A DNA stretch of 32,000 bases from Patescibacteria group bacterium. Its GTDB lineage: Bacteria > Patescibacteriota > UBA1384 > XYA2-FULL-43-10. The translations under genes and the position numbers were made by a program. The notes below the pieces were generated by a model. That model did not search any database. It worked only from the letters and a program-made list of their open reading frames with translations, and was not told the origin of the DNA. Shown here piece after piece: positions 10,299 through 19,261 of this stretch (position 1 is its first letter; each line of letters starts with the position of its first letter). The stretch covers positions 1 through 32,000 of the forward strand of contig JBAYVT010000002.1 in the NCBI GenBank assembly GCA_041674405.1. Direction: 5' to 3'.

Positions 10299-10964
10299 CT
10301 AACGTGTCGAGGTGATAGCAATAGAATGAATCAGCTCGTTATTGAAATAAACATTCAGATCAAACTGCCCGACTTCATTAAATTGAAAACCCGTCCCTTT
10401 GCCCGGGTTGGAAATTGTTTGTTTTTCGGTAACAAACGCTCTTTCACCAGTCTCTTGGTTTATGACCTCTACCCAAAACTCTCCCGTGGTTCCTTTGGTA
10501 TCGGTAATATCTACCTCGATTGACATTCCTGCTTTGAATTCAGTGGTAGGCACAGGAATATTATCTGGACCGGGCGGCGTCCCGGGTTTCATTTGGCCGA
10601 TTTCAATTTTGTCAAAATATTTTGTGTATGATGGCTTCACAGCACAAATTTTGGATTTACATAGCAGGCCATCCTTGCAATCTTTGTAGGTTGCGCAGCT
10701 GCTTCCGACTTCGCCATTCGTACACCTTCCACTGGAGCAAAAATCGGTTTTGCAGTCCTCTTTGACACTGCAGGTCGAGCCCAATTTGCCCGAGGAACAA
10801 ACACCCGATATACAACTTGTACCTTCGGTACAGCGGTTGTTTGCTTTGCAAGCCTGGCCCTCGGGGACCTTTTTGATGAAATAATACCAACCGGCAAATC
10901 CGGCACCAGCAAGAATGATTACGCCCAAAACTACAGAGATAATTATTATCGCGGTCTTGTTCAT
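10299..10964 (-). CDS. Membrane-anchored protein with Cys-rich (EB/dickkopf-like) repeats
   Basis: N-terminal TM then GQACKANNRCTEGTSCISGVCSSGKLGSTCSVKEDCKTDFCSSGRCTNGEVGSSCATYKDCKDGLLCKSKICA, followed by a beta-rich domain. Confidence 0.85.
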   Translation of the reverse strand: MNKTAIIIISVVLGVIILAGAGFAGWYYFIKKVPEGQACKANNRCTEGTSCISGVCSSGKLGSTCSVKEDCKTDFCSSGRCTNGEVGSSCATYKDCKDGLLCKSKICAVKPSYTKYFDKIEIGQMKPGTPPGPDNIPVPTTEFKAGMSIEVDITDTKGTTGEFWVEVINQETGERAFVTEKQTISNPGKGTGFQFNEVGQFDLNVYFNNELIHSIAITSTR

Positions 10965-10989
10965 CTTCCTCCTTATTATTTTTTGTTAT

Positions 10990-11184
10990 CTAGAATTTAA
11001 CTACATACCAAAATGCTGCTACAATCACGAGTACCCCAACAATTTTCCAAAAAGTATAAGTTCCATATGCACCGAGCACTTTTTCAACGGAAGGAAAACG
11101 CATCGTATTGTCGGTGATCCATTTTGCATATTTAATAAGAAGATAACCGAATAATATTAAAGCGATAAAAATTAAATATTTCAT
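10990..11184 (-). CDS. Small membrane protein
   Basis: 64-aa ORF with two hydrophobic helices. Confidence 0.6.
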   Translation of the reverse strand: MKYLIFIALILFGYLLIKYAKWITDNTMRFPSVEKVLGAYGTYTFWKIVGVLVIVAAFWYVVKF

Positions 11185-11189
11185 ATTCA

Positions 11190-11212
11190 GTCCTTAGTTA
11201 TTAGTCCATAGT
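11190..11212. repeat. AGTCCTTAG/AGTCCATAG intergenic repeat copy, overlapping the stop of the NUDIX gene
   Basis: cagtccttagttattagtccatag; same units as 3733-3800 and 24508-24530. Confidence 0.55.
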
Positions 11213-11643
11213 TTTAGTGATTCTCCCACAGCCCACTTTGCAAAATCACTGGCATTCGATTTTAGGAATTCTTCGGGTTTCATCCATGTCACAATATGGT
11301 CATCTTCGATTGATTCAGCTTCGTTAATCTTATCCAATTTGGCCAAATAAAACGTGCCTAGCTTATTCATTGATTCCCTGCCTTCTTTCTGAAAATATTG
11401 ATTTGCGTTTCCTAAATATTTCAAATCGCAAATATCGCATCCTGATTCTTCGTAAGTTTCTCGAACCACTGTTATCTTTGGGTCTTCATTATTATCAATC
11501 CCACCTCCGGGTAAGTGAAAGGAACCATTCACATTTAAACATAAAATCTGCCCCGATTCATCAGAAACTACCGCATAAGCCCCTGGCCTTTCTCGATATG
11601 TTCCGAGTGGTTTTGTTCCGAATTGAAATATTTTATTTGACAT
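11194..11643 (-). CDS. NUDIX hydrolase
   Basis: Nudix box GGGIDNNEDPKITVVRETYEESG. Confidence 0.9.
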   Translation of the reverse strand: MSNKIFQFGTKPLGTYRERPGAYAVVSDESGQILCLNVNGSFHLPGGGIDNNEDPKITVVRETYEESGCDICDLKYLGNANQYFQKEGRESMNKLGTFYLAKLDKINEAESIEDDHIVTWMKPEEFLKSNASDFAKWAVGESLKLWTNN

Positions 11644-11684
11644 TAGAAATTAGTAATTAGTCATTACAAACCTTGGGTTTGCTC

Positions 11685-13064
11685 TCACTCTTCTCTCCAT
11701 GACAGAATCGCATAAGATCCTGTGGTTGGATATTCTGGGGGCGGGCTTAACGTGAGGTATGGGTCATAAGTTTGCAATGTATTTCGATAACCGGCGATAA
11801 CAGTACTTCCCGAAACCCACGACCATGTCCAGTACTGATTTGTTGAAATGCTTCCATATATGGAAATGGAGCTTTTGACAGGTCCTTTGCTATCAGGATA
11901 CCAGACATGGCCGGTTTGGGACAGAAGGGCCGCGTCAATTTCCAACGATGAAACTGCATAATCGGGTATTTCAATATTACCCTGGGAAACAAGACCAATT
12001 GAGGCAGTGCCATCTTTGGCTCCGTACAACAAATTATCCTTAATTTTGATCAATGCTGGGCCTGATTTGTCTATATAGGCAGCAATTGTAATCCGGCCAT
12101 TATATGTACCATCTACCCAAACATTATCATTGACATATACTACTCCGTTTCCAGGCGCATCTAAAGTTCCCAAAAAGTTTGCAGTGATGCCGGTTGACCT
12201 CTCACCACTCACCCGGTATTCATCAATCTTTCCATCTGAGCGCAACTTTAGATAATAGCCGCGTGATTTTGAGGAATCCAGATATATACCACCGGTTTTG
12301 GACTCGGTTTTTAAGTTGGCAAAATCCACGCTTACTCGATTAAAATCAACCGTCGGCACCGGAAAAACCCAATAGTTTTTTGGTCCCCCATTGCCCCAAA
12401 CGCCATCATGTAGTTGGCCATCTCCACCAAAACTTGATGTCGGCCTATATGTTGCCGAAGATGAACTGATAATTCCATTTGCTGTTCCGTCAAAATGCAC
12501 TCCGACATTGGAATGAACAGGGCCGTTTGTTGTTTCATTTACACCAAACCAGCATTCAGTATTTGTCAAAAATGCGTATCTTGCAAATGAGGGCATGCCA
12601 AGATCTGCCAGAACAATCCTATCCATGCTCTCCCCTTTGATTTTTCCGACCGCTTTCACATTCACCACCGCATCTCCAAGCCCAGGTGGGGTTATATACA
12701 AGTCATACGTTCCAACTACATTTCCAGATTGATCAGTATAGTCGTGAGCATAAGGTCCATAAGGCCCGTCTCCCTGGGGGCAAACGTTGCCATCGCAATA
12801 ATCCTTGTTGTCGTGTGCCAAATGCCACATATAATAATTGACTCCTGCTTCGGCTACATCAAGTGCCGAGACTGTCTGCATGTGCAATTTTGCATCCTTT
12901 AGGTTGGATAGAGCAAAACCGGCTACCGCCATCGATAACCCCAAAAATAATACCGAAGTGACCATAATCACCGGAAGGTAGGCGCCTTTTTGAAAGCTTA
13001 TTTTTGACCCTTGCCCGCCTTGAGCAGGGCCGAAGGGATTTTCGATCTTTGGCTTAATGATCAT
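11685..13064 (-). CDS. PilX-like type IV pilus/pseudopilin-associated protein
   Basis: KGAYLPVIMVTSVLFLGLSMAVAGFALSNLKDAKLHMQTVSALDVAEAGVNYYMW is the PilX-type N-terminal helix with 'AEAG'; in an operon with two prepilin-like genes. Confidence 0.8.
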   Translation of the reverse strand: MIIKPKIENPFGPAQGGQGSKISFQKGAYLPVIMVTSVLFLGLSMAVAGFALSNLKDAKLHMQTVSALDVAEAGVNYYMWHLAHDNKDYCDGNVCPQGDGPYGPYAHDYTDQSGNVVGTYDLYITPPGLGDAVVNVKAVGKIKGESMDRIVLADLGMPSFARYAFLTNTECWFGVNETTNGPVHSNVGVHFDGTANGIISSSSATYRPTSSFGGDGQLHDGVWGNGGPKNYWVFPVPTVDFNRVSVDFANLKTESKTGGIYLDSSKSRGYYLKLRSDGKIDEYRVSGERSTGITANFLGTLDAPGNGVVYVNDNVWVDGTYNGRITIAAYIDKSGPALIKIKDNLLYGAKDGTASIGLVSQGNIEIPDYAVSSLEIDAALLSQTGHVWYPDSKGPVKSSISIYGSISTNQYWTWSWVSGSTVIAGYRNTLQTYDPYLTLSPPPEYPTTGSYAILSWREE

Positions 13065-13645
13065 AGGTTTGTTTTAAGATTTCTCAAATTAACCCTGGTT
13101 ATTGTGGTCACCGCATCCGGGCTTTTGTTCGGATCTTTATCAACCATAATTTGGAATTGCACCATTCTCACAGCATCGGTCGGTACCGGATCAGAAATCT
13201 GCGAGCTGGTATCGTTAAAATAACGAAACAAATCTGATCCATTGGTGACGTTTTTGATTATCATGCTTACATTTTCTTCTTCAGGTGGATAATTAAATAC
13301 CGGCCCAGGCCCCGTGGGCTCTATAATCCCTTTCTTAAATTCACCATTTTCGGAAAAGTATCTAACTTTGCTCGGAGCAGGCTGCTCATCGCCGAGAAGA
13401 TATGCATAAAATTCGTAGGTATCGGCAGTGGAAGCAATAACCTGTGTACTTCCTCTTGCATTTTTCTCGAAATCACGCATTGCTTTAGCAGCCTCCTCTT
13501 GCGAACTGATCGCTTCCTGGCCATAACGGTAGCTTTGGAACCCTCTTACAATCATCGTTGCAACCACGATTCCAATTACGCCAAGAAGCAAGATGACGAA
13601 TGTCATCTCGACCAAGGTAAATGCTTTTTTTGTGCTAATTTTCAT
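13061..13645 (-). CDS. Prepilin-type N-terminal methylation domain protein (pseudopilin)
   Basis: STKKAFTLVEMTFVILLLGVIGIVVATMIVRG is the class III prepilin motif; overlaps the downstream gene by 4 nt. Confidence 0.9.
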   Translation of the reverse strand: MKISTKKAFTLVEMTFVILLLGVIGIVVATMIVRGFQSYRYGQEAISSQEEAAKAMRDFEKNARGSTQVIASTADTYEFYAYLLGDEQPAPSKVRYFSENGEFKKGIIEPTGPGPVFNYPPEEENVSMIIKNVTNGSDLFRYFNDTSSQISDPVPTDAVRMVQFQIMVDKDPNKSPDAVTTITRVNLRNLKTNL

Positions 13646-13742
13646 CGAAAACCTATCAAATTTTAGTAATTTTCAAGTTGTAATTTTCCAACCTCGGCTC
13701 GTGCCTCGGCCGAGACGGGTGATTTTTGAGTTTTGAATTAGA

Positions 13743-15158
13743 CTATGGTGCCACTATCTCAAACACACCCGGCTGATTGGCAAATTCACCGCCAGGATTT
13801 TCGATATAAATATCGTATTTTCCTAGATCAAAAAGCGAAAGATCAAAATCTACATCGATGGTTGTTCCTGACTTGACAGAAATATTTGTGCCTAAAATCT
13901 CTTTGGTTGCATTTTTCAATTTTATTATCGGTTCGTTGCTAAAATTTTCTCCGGTGATTGTGAGGGTAGCAATATCACCCTTCACCCCTGTCGGCGGTGT
14001 AATTGAGCGTATTCTTGGCGCTGTCGCAGAATCTGTTAAATAAATGATGACCTGAAGAGTAGAATTTGGAGCGAGATGGACGGGTTGAACAGGCGAAATT
14101 GCTGAAATATATTTATCGGCAGATAAAATTGTAAAATTATAATCATCCCATTCCATGCCAGTAAGCGACAAACTGCCGTTTGCATCAGTCTGTTGATCTT
14201 GTGAGTATTTATGGGTAACGGGATTAAAATATATTTCTTTACTACCCTCAAGATGAAAACTTATATTGGGCACAAGAACCCCATTCAGATCAGCCGTTTG
14301 AATATTTAATGTGCTAACTTTATCTATCGTAAGCGTCACATTTGTAACCTGTTGTGCCAAAATATCAATATCCGGTTGAAGCTGGTTGGGATTTTGTGGT
14401 GTACGCGGATAGGTCATATCGGTAGAGTATCCATCTTTTGTAACCACAATATGATATTCATTATGCTGATCCGGCGGAAGGCTTGGCACCATGATACAGC
14501 CCGTAAGATCGGTTGTGAATTGCATATCCACGGGCGGATCAACATTGGGGTTTTGCAGAGTTGCTTGGGCATCGACAACTGGTTGATTGTTTGCATCGAT
14601 CACGCACAGATATAAAATACCGGAATTGGTTGGAGTTTCAGCTGCTTTCGCTGAAATATTTGTCGTAAGAGTCGCAAGCGGATCTGGCCGACCAACCTTA
14701 TATACCTTTACCTCGGCTTTTTTATAGTCATACGGATAGATATCTTGCGGTTTTCCGGGAATGCTTCCGGCCACATTCCCATCAAAGGGATCATCTACAT
14801 AACTAATTGTCGTATGCACATTATATTGAATATTATTTTCTGTTATTGGTTCATCATCAAGAATCTCGCCCGGAGGATAAATCGTTCCGTGTATAGTCGC
14901 CAATGAATCGTAGGGCAAATTGCGAATATCCTCCATTTTTTCATTCGCAATAGCTACAGCTGCTACTTTGGCCTTTGCCATCAAGATCCCTTTTTCCGCT
15001 GCCATAAATGAGGAAACGATAGCAGTTGCAACCAAAGCAATCACAATAAAATCAACCAAAACCTCAATTATGGTAAAACCACTGGTCTTGTTTTGCTTTT
15101 TAGCTCGATACTTGATACTTGATATTTGATGATGGCAGATGTTCCCTCTCTTCCACAT
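13743..15158 (-). CDS. Prepilin-type protein with carboxypeptidase-regulatory-like and C-terminal IPT/TIG-like domain
   Basis: KTSGFTIIEVLVDFIVIALVATAIVSSFMAAEKG; C-terminal PRIRSITPPTGVKGDIATLTITGENFSNEPIIKLKN. Confidence 0.85.
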   Translation of the reverse strand: MWKRGNICHHQISSIKYRAKKQNKTSGFTIIEVLVDFIVIALVATAIVSSFMAAEKGILMAKAKVAAVAIANEKMEDIRNLPYDSLATIHGTIYPPGEILDDEPITENNIQYNVHTTISYVDDPFDGNVAGSIPGKPQDIYPYDYKKAEVKVYKVGRPDPLATLTTNISAKAAETPTNSGILYLCVIDANNQPVVDAQATLQNPNVDPPVDMQFTTDLTGCIMVPSLPPDQHNEYHIVVTKDGYSTDMTYPRTPQNPNQLQPDIDILAQQVTNVTLTIDKVSTLNIQTADLNGVLVPNISFHLEGSKEIYFNPVTHKYSQDQQTDANGSLSLTGMEWDDYNFTILSADKYISAISPVQPVHLAPNSTLQVIIYLTDSATAPRIRSITPPTGVKGDIATLTITGENFSNEPIIKLKNATKEILGTNISVKSGTTIDVDFDLSLFDLGKYDIYIENPGGEFANQPGVFEIVAP

Positions 15159-15169
15159 CTACAATGATA

Positions 15170-15613
15170 CTACTTTAGGATCAAAATTAAAACCGAAAAT
15201 GCAATAAATATTGCTTGTATTGAAAGCCCCAAAAATGGGCCAATTTTTATCGCCTGAATCTTGTCGTGAACATAATGCATTTTGTCCCCAAACCAAGTCT
15301 TTTGAAAATTCTTTTTCCAAAAAGGGGCTACGTCGAGAATGTCAGGCAAAAGACAACCAAATGCTCCCGAAATAAACGCAACTGGATGACTAATTTTGTC
15401 ATAAAAAATCACAAACAAAACAACACCAATTAATATATCCAACAGAATTAAGACGTTTTGCCGCAATGTAAATTTGCCATCATCGGTCGTGTCAAAATGG
15501 GGAATTGAGTCGAGAATAAAATGCAAAATAAATCCGGCGAAAAAAGCAGGAATTGGCGAATTAATGTATTCGCCGGCAATACCACCAATAAATCCATGAG
15601 TTGCAAAAAGTAT
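15170..15613 (-). CDS. Membrane protein (…LFATHGFIGGIAGEYINSPIPAFFAGFILHFILDSIPHFD…), 147 aa, apparently starting with AUA
   Basis: The open frame extends 29 codons past the track start (TTG 15526) to ATA at 15611-15613, directly after the upstream stop codon and 5 nt after AAAGGGGG. No ATG/GTG/TTG start exists in the extension. Confidence 0.75.
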   Translation of the reverse strand: MLFATHGFIGGIAGEYINSPIPAFFAGFILHFILDSIPHFDTTDDGKFTLRQNVLILLDILIGVVLFVIFYDKISHPVAFISGAFGCLLPDILDVAPFWKKNFQKTWFGDKMHYVHDKIQAIKIGPFLGLSIQAIFIAFSVLILILK

Positions 15614-16000
15614 TTATTCCCCCTTTAATTGCTCAATAAATATTCTGTAAGCATCGGGGGTAGCTAGCAGTTTTCCAGTTCCATTTTCAAATTCTGTGAT
15701 TCGCAAATCGGTAAATGGTGCATCCACCTCATAATCATTAGCTTCGTCTTCGGTCATCAGCACCATGGGTGATCCAGCACTTTCTTTGTTTCCCGGTGCG
15801 CGGTTATCCCAAACTATCCCTCCCCAGGTCCTTACCAACGAAAGGCCGTCTATTCCTGACGGAAATTTTGCTTTTACTTTACCTTGACGAATCCAGCCCG
15901 ATTCATCACCAAGCACTTCCGGCTCAATTTGCCGCTCCTCAGTATCTGGCCCCACATCTTCCGGTCCGGGTCTGCGTCCGATGTTTATTCCGAATACCAT
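15614..16000 (-). CDS. Hypothetical protein (MVFGINIGRRPGPEDVGPDTEERQIEPEVLG…)
   Basis: GGAGGAAATATG gives a start at 16000; the ORF track start at 16225 lies inside a tRNA gene. Confidence 0.75.
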   Translation of the reverse strand: MVFGINIGRRPGPEDVGPDTEERQIEPEVLGDESGWIRQGKVKAKFPSGIDGLSLVRTWGGIVWDNRAPGNKESAGSPMVLMTEDEANDYEVDAPFTDLRITEFENGTGKLLATPDAYRIFIEQLKGE

Positions 16001-16102
16001 ATTTCCTCCAAAATTTTGATTATAATTAACAGATAAATGAGACTGATAGCTTGCTATAAGTTTTGTCGAATGGCCTGCCATAAGCAAATGAAGCGAGTCG
16101 AA

Positions 16103-16150
16103 TGGTGGACCTACCGGGAATTGCCCGTCTCGCTTTGGCGCAGCCGAGGC
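16103..16150 (-). other. tRNA-3'-like element C ending in TAGGTCCACCA
   Basis: Minus: GGCTGCGCCAAAGCGAGACGGGCAATTCCCGGTAGGTCCACCA; the last 11 nt are identical to the 3' end of tRNA-Ala(CGC) 87 bp away. Confidence 0.45.
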
Positions 16151-16189
16151 GGAAACCCGAAACTGAGCAATACGCCCCGTACCACATCT

Positions 16190-16263
16190 TGGTGGACCTA
16201 GCGAGAGTCGAACTCGCGTCTCCACAATGCGAATGTGGAATCGTACCGCTAGACCATAGGCCC
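16190..16263 (-). tRNA. tRNA-Ala (anticodon CGC), CCA encoded
   Basis: GGGCCTATGGTCTAGCGGTACGATTCCACATTCGCATTGTGGAGACGCGAGTTCGACTCTCGCTAGGTCCACCA; anticodon loop TTCGCAT; G3:U70. Confidence 0.9.
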
Positions 16264-16347
16264 AAATGGGTACGGGGTAAAAATGCCTGCTACCTGCCCC
16301 GTATTGAACTCTGTTCTGATACTGGGGTGCCGTTTAACTATAGGCCC
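16264..16347 (-). other. tRNA-5'-like leader element D with hairpin TACGGGG...CCCCGTA (16271-16303)
   Basis: Begins GGGCCTATAGTTAAACGG, paralleling the tRNA-Ala(CGC) 5' end GGGCCTATGGTCTAGCGG, but no canonical T-arm or 3' acceptor follows. Confidence 0.4.
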
Positions 16348-16359
16348 ATTATCAGTATT

Positions 16360-16388
16360 AATATAGCGCTCGAAGCTAAATTTTTCAA
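16360..16388 (-). promoter_or_regulatory. Promoter TTGAAA - 17 nt - TATATT upstream of element D / tRNA-Ala(CGC)
   Basis: Hexamers at 16383-16388 and 16360-16365; the predicted start falls at about 16353, the beginning of element D. Confidence 0.6.
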
Positions 16389-16396
16389 GATCGAAA

Positions 16397-17035
16397 CTAA
16401 ACAATTCCTTCGGATTCGCGATTTAGTTCATCAAAGAATTTAATCATAAAATCATGCCGCCTTTTAGCGATGCGTCTTCCCTCTTTTGTGAGGAGTTTGT
16501 TTTTAACCTTCGACATGTGCAAGATGAACTCGCGGTAAGCAGTATCTTCCTTAGTATATTCGAATTCTTTTCCGAGCTTGGGTTTCGGATCATGCACACG
16601 GGAACCTATTTCACCTGCAAATACGAATGAGCGAGCCACTCCGATTGCGCCGCAATTATCCAATTTATCTGCATCAAAAAGCACTTTTGCTTCTATTGTT
16701 TCAGGAATTCCGCCCTTTTTTGATCTGTGGCGTTCAATGCAATGGGCTACGGAATCAATAAATTCTGGTTCGAGCTCGTATTTCGTAAGGATCTGCCTAG
16801 CTTTTTTCGCCCCAAGCTCGGCATGACAGATTTCTCCCTTAGACAACCGCTCTTCATCGCGGGCAATATCGTGGAGCAAGGTTGCATAATGCAAGACTCG
16901 TATGTCTGCCCCTTCATCTTTGCCGATATGTAGTGCCATTTTAAGAACTCTCTCAGTATGATCAAAATCATGACACCCGGGCGATTTCTCAAAAATGTTT
17001 CTGACTTCTTTTTCGATTGCTTTGATTTTATTCAT
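16397..17035 (-). CDS. HD domain phosphohydrolase
   Basis: HDFDHTERVLKMALHIG...LLHDIARDEE...AHCIERHRS...DADKLD. Confidence 0.93.
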   Translation of the reverse strand: MNKIKAIEKEVRNIFEKSPGCHDFDHTERVLKMALHIGKDEGADIRVLHYATLLHDIARDEERLSKGEICHAELGAKKARQILTKYELEPEFIDSVAHCIERHRSKKGGIPETIEAKVLFDADKLDNCGAIGVARSFVFAGEIGSRVHDPKPKLGKEFEYTKEDTAYREFILHMSKVKNKLLTKEGRRIAKRRHDFMIKFFDELNRESEGIV

Positions 17036-17075
17036 AGATATATTCTAACAAAAAAATCCATTTGGTGGGCGTGAG

Positions 17076-17178
17076 AGGAATCTCACGCGCTTCGCTTTTC
17101 AGAACCCTCGGTTCTGAATTATCTCCTACACGGGAAACTTCTGTTTCCCGACCCCTTCCCGGGTCCGATTCTAAATTA
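17076..17178 (-). other. tRNA-3'-like structured element A ending in CACGCCCACCA
   Basis: Minus: CGGACCCGGGAAGGGGTCGGGAAACagaaGTTTCCCG...CAGAACCgaGGGTTCTGAAAAGCGAAGCGCGTGAGATTCCTCTCACGCCCACCA. The last 19 nt are identical to the tRNA-Ile 3' end 139 bp away; followed by a T-run. Confidence 0.5.
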
Positions 17179-17182
17179 CAAA

Positions 17183-17214
17183 AAAATAGCCAGTAATAAT
17201 ACTGCCTATCTTTT
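17183..17214 (-). terminator. Terminator of tRNA-Ile: AAAAAGATAGGCAGTAttatTACTGGCTATTTTTTTG
   Basis: Stem plus T-run directly after CCA. Confidence 0.75.
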
Positions 17215-17291
17215 TGGTGGGCGTGAGAGGAATCGAACCTCTGACCTCGGCTTTATCAGAGCCGCGCTCTAACCAACTGAGCTACACGCCC
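17215..17291 (-). tRNA. tRNA-Ile (anticodon GAT), CCA encoded
   Basis: GGGCGTGTAGCTCAGTTGGTTAGAGCGCGGCTCTGATAAAGCCGAGGTCAGAGGTTCGATTCCTCTCACGCCCACCA. Confidence 0.97.
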
Positions 17292-17315
17292 ATGCAAATG
17301 GATTTTTACACAGAA

Positions 17316-17346
17316 ATGATACCAAAAAACCAGCTACTTATCAACA
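17316..17346 (-). promoter_or_regulatory. Candidate tRNA-Ile promoter: TTGATA (17341-17346), 19 nt, TATCAT (17316-17321)
   Basis: Same hexamers as the tRNA-Ala(TGC) promoter but with a longer spacer. Confidence 0.4.
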
Positions 17347-17349
17347 GAC

Positions 17350-17389
17350 TAAAAAATCCGCTTAAATTTTGAAGCGGATTTTTTAGTGT
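17350..17389. terminator. Bidirectional terminator, 16-bp stem ACTAAAAAATCCGCTT...AAGCGGATTTTTTAGT
   Basis: Perfect inverted repeat with A/T tracts, between 16S rRNA and tRNA-Ile. Confidence 0.8.
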
Positions 17390-17501
17390 TGTCAAAATAT
17401 TAACAACTAAATAGTGATACTGTACGTCTTTGCCTTGAGATATTACTACATCAAGGACTTTAACACTTTCGATCATCCGAAGATGACCAAGTGACCGACC
17501 T

Positions 17502-17523
17502 AAGCCGAAATAAATTTCGGCTT
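17502..17523 (-). other. 10-bp inverted repeat AAGCCGAAAT-aa-ATTTCGGCTT just 3' of 16S (possible processing/spacer stem)
   Basis: Direct reading. Confidence 0.45.
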
Positions 17524-17532
17524 GCTCCTTAG

Positions 17533-18983
<1,451 letters not shown>

Positions 18984-19162
18984 GAGAATCTGACTTAGCC
19001 CTAATAATAGTACTAAACCAAAAAATTCTTTTGAAATTGACGTACATGTATCACTATTTAGTTGTCAAAGTGCGTTTTTTCGGGAAACAAATACATAAGT
19101 TTCTAGCAACAGAAACCATAACCCCTTCGATTTACTCCCTAGATTTTATTAAATCTGAATCG

Positions 19163-19191
19163 ATATTATCGAAAAAAATCATTTCTGTCAA
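19163..19191 (-). promoter_or_regulatory. 16S rRNA promoter: TTGACA (19186-19191), 17 nt, TAATAT (19163-19168)
   Basis: Consensus -35 with optimal spacing upstream of the 16S 5' end. Confidence 0.75.
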
Positions 19192-19261
19192 CACTAGTTC
19201 ATGGTTGTGGAAAAAATGGTTGGACAGAATATATTGTAATTTGTAATGTTGGGATAGTAAG

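Noticed and set aside
16001-16225. N-terminal extension of the 15614-16225 ORF
   Set aside because: It would start inside tRNA-Ala(CGC); GGAGGAAATATG at 16000 is the convincing start.
16084-16353. tmRNA (ssrA), suggested by the Ala-like acceptor and outer GGGCCTA/TAGGTCC pairing
   Set aside because: No TTCGAC 5' tRNA-like domain consensus, no tag reading frame or canonical T-arm in the outer element, and a complete tRNA-Ala(CGC) cloverleaf lies inside.
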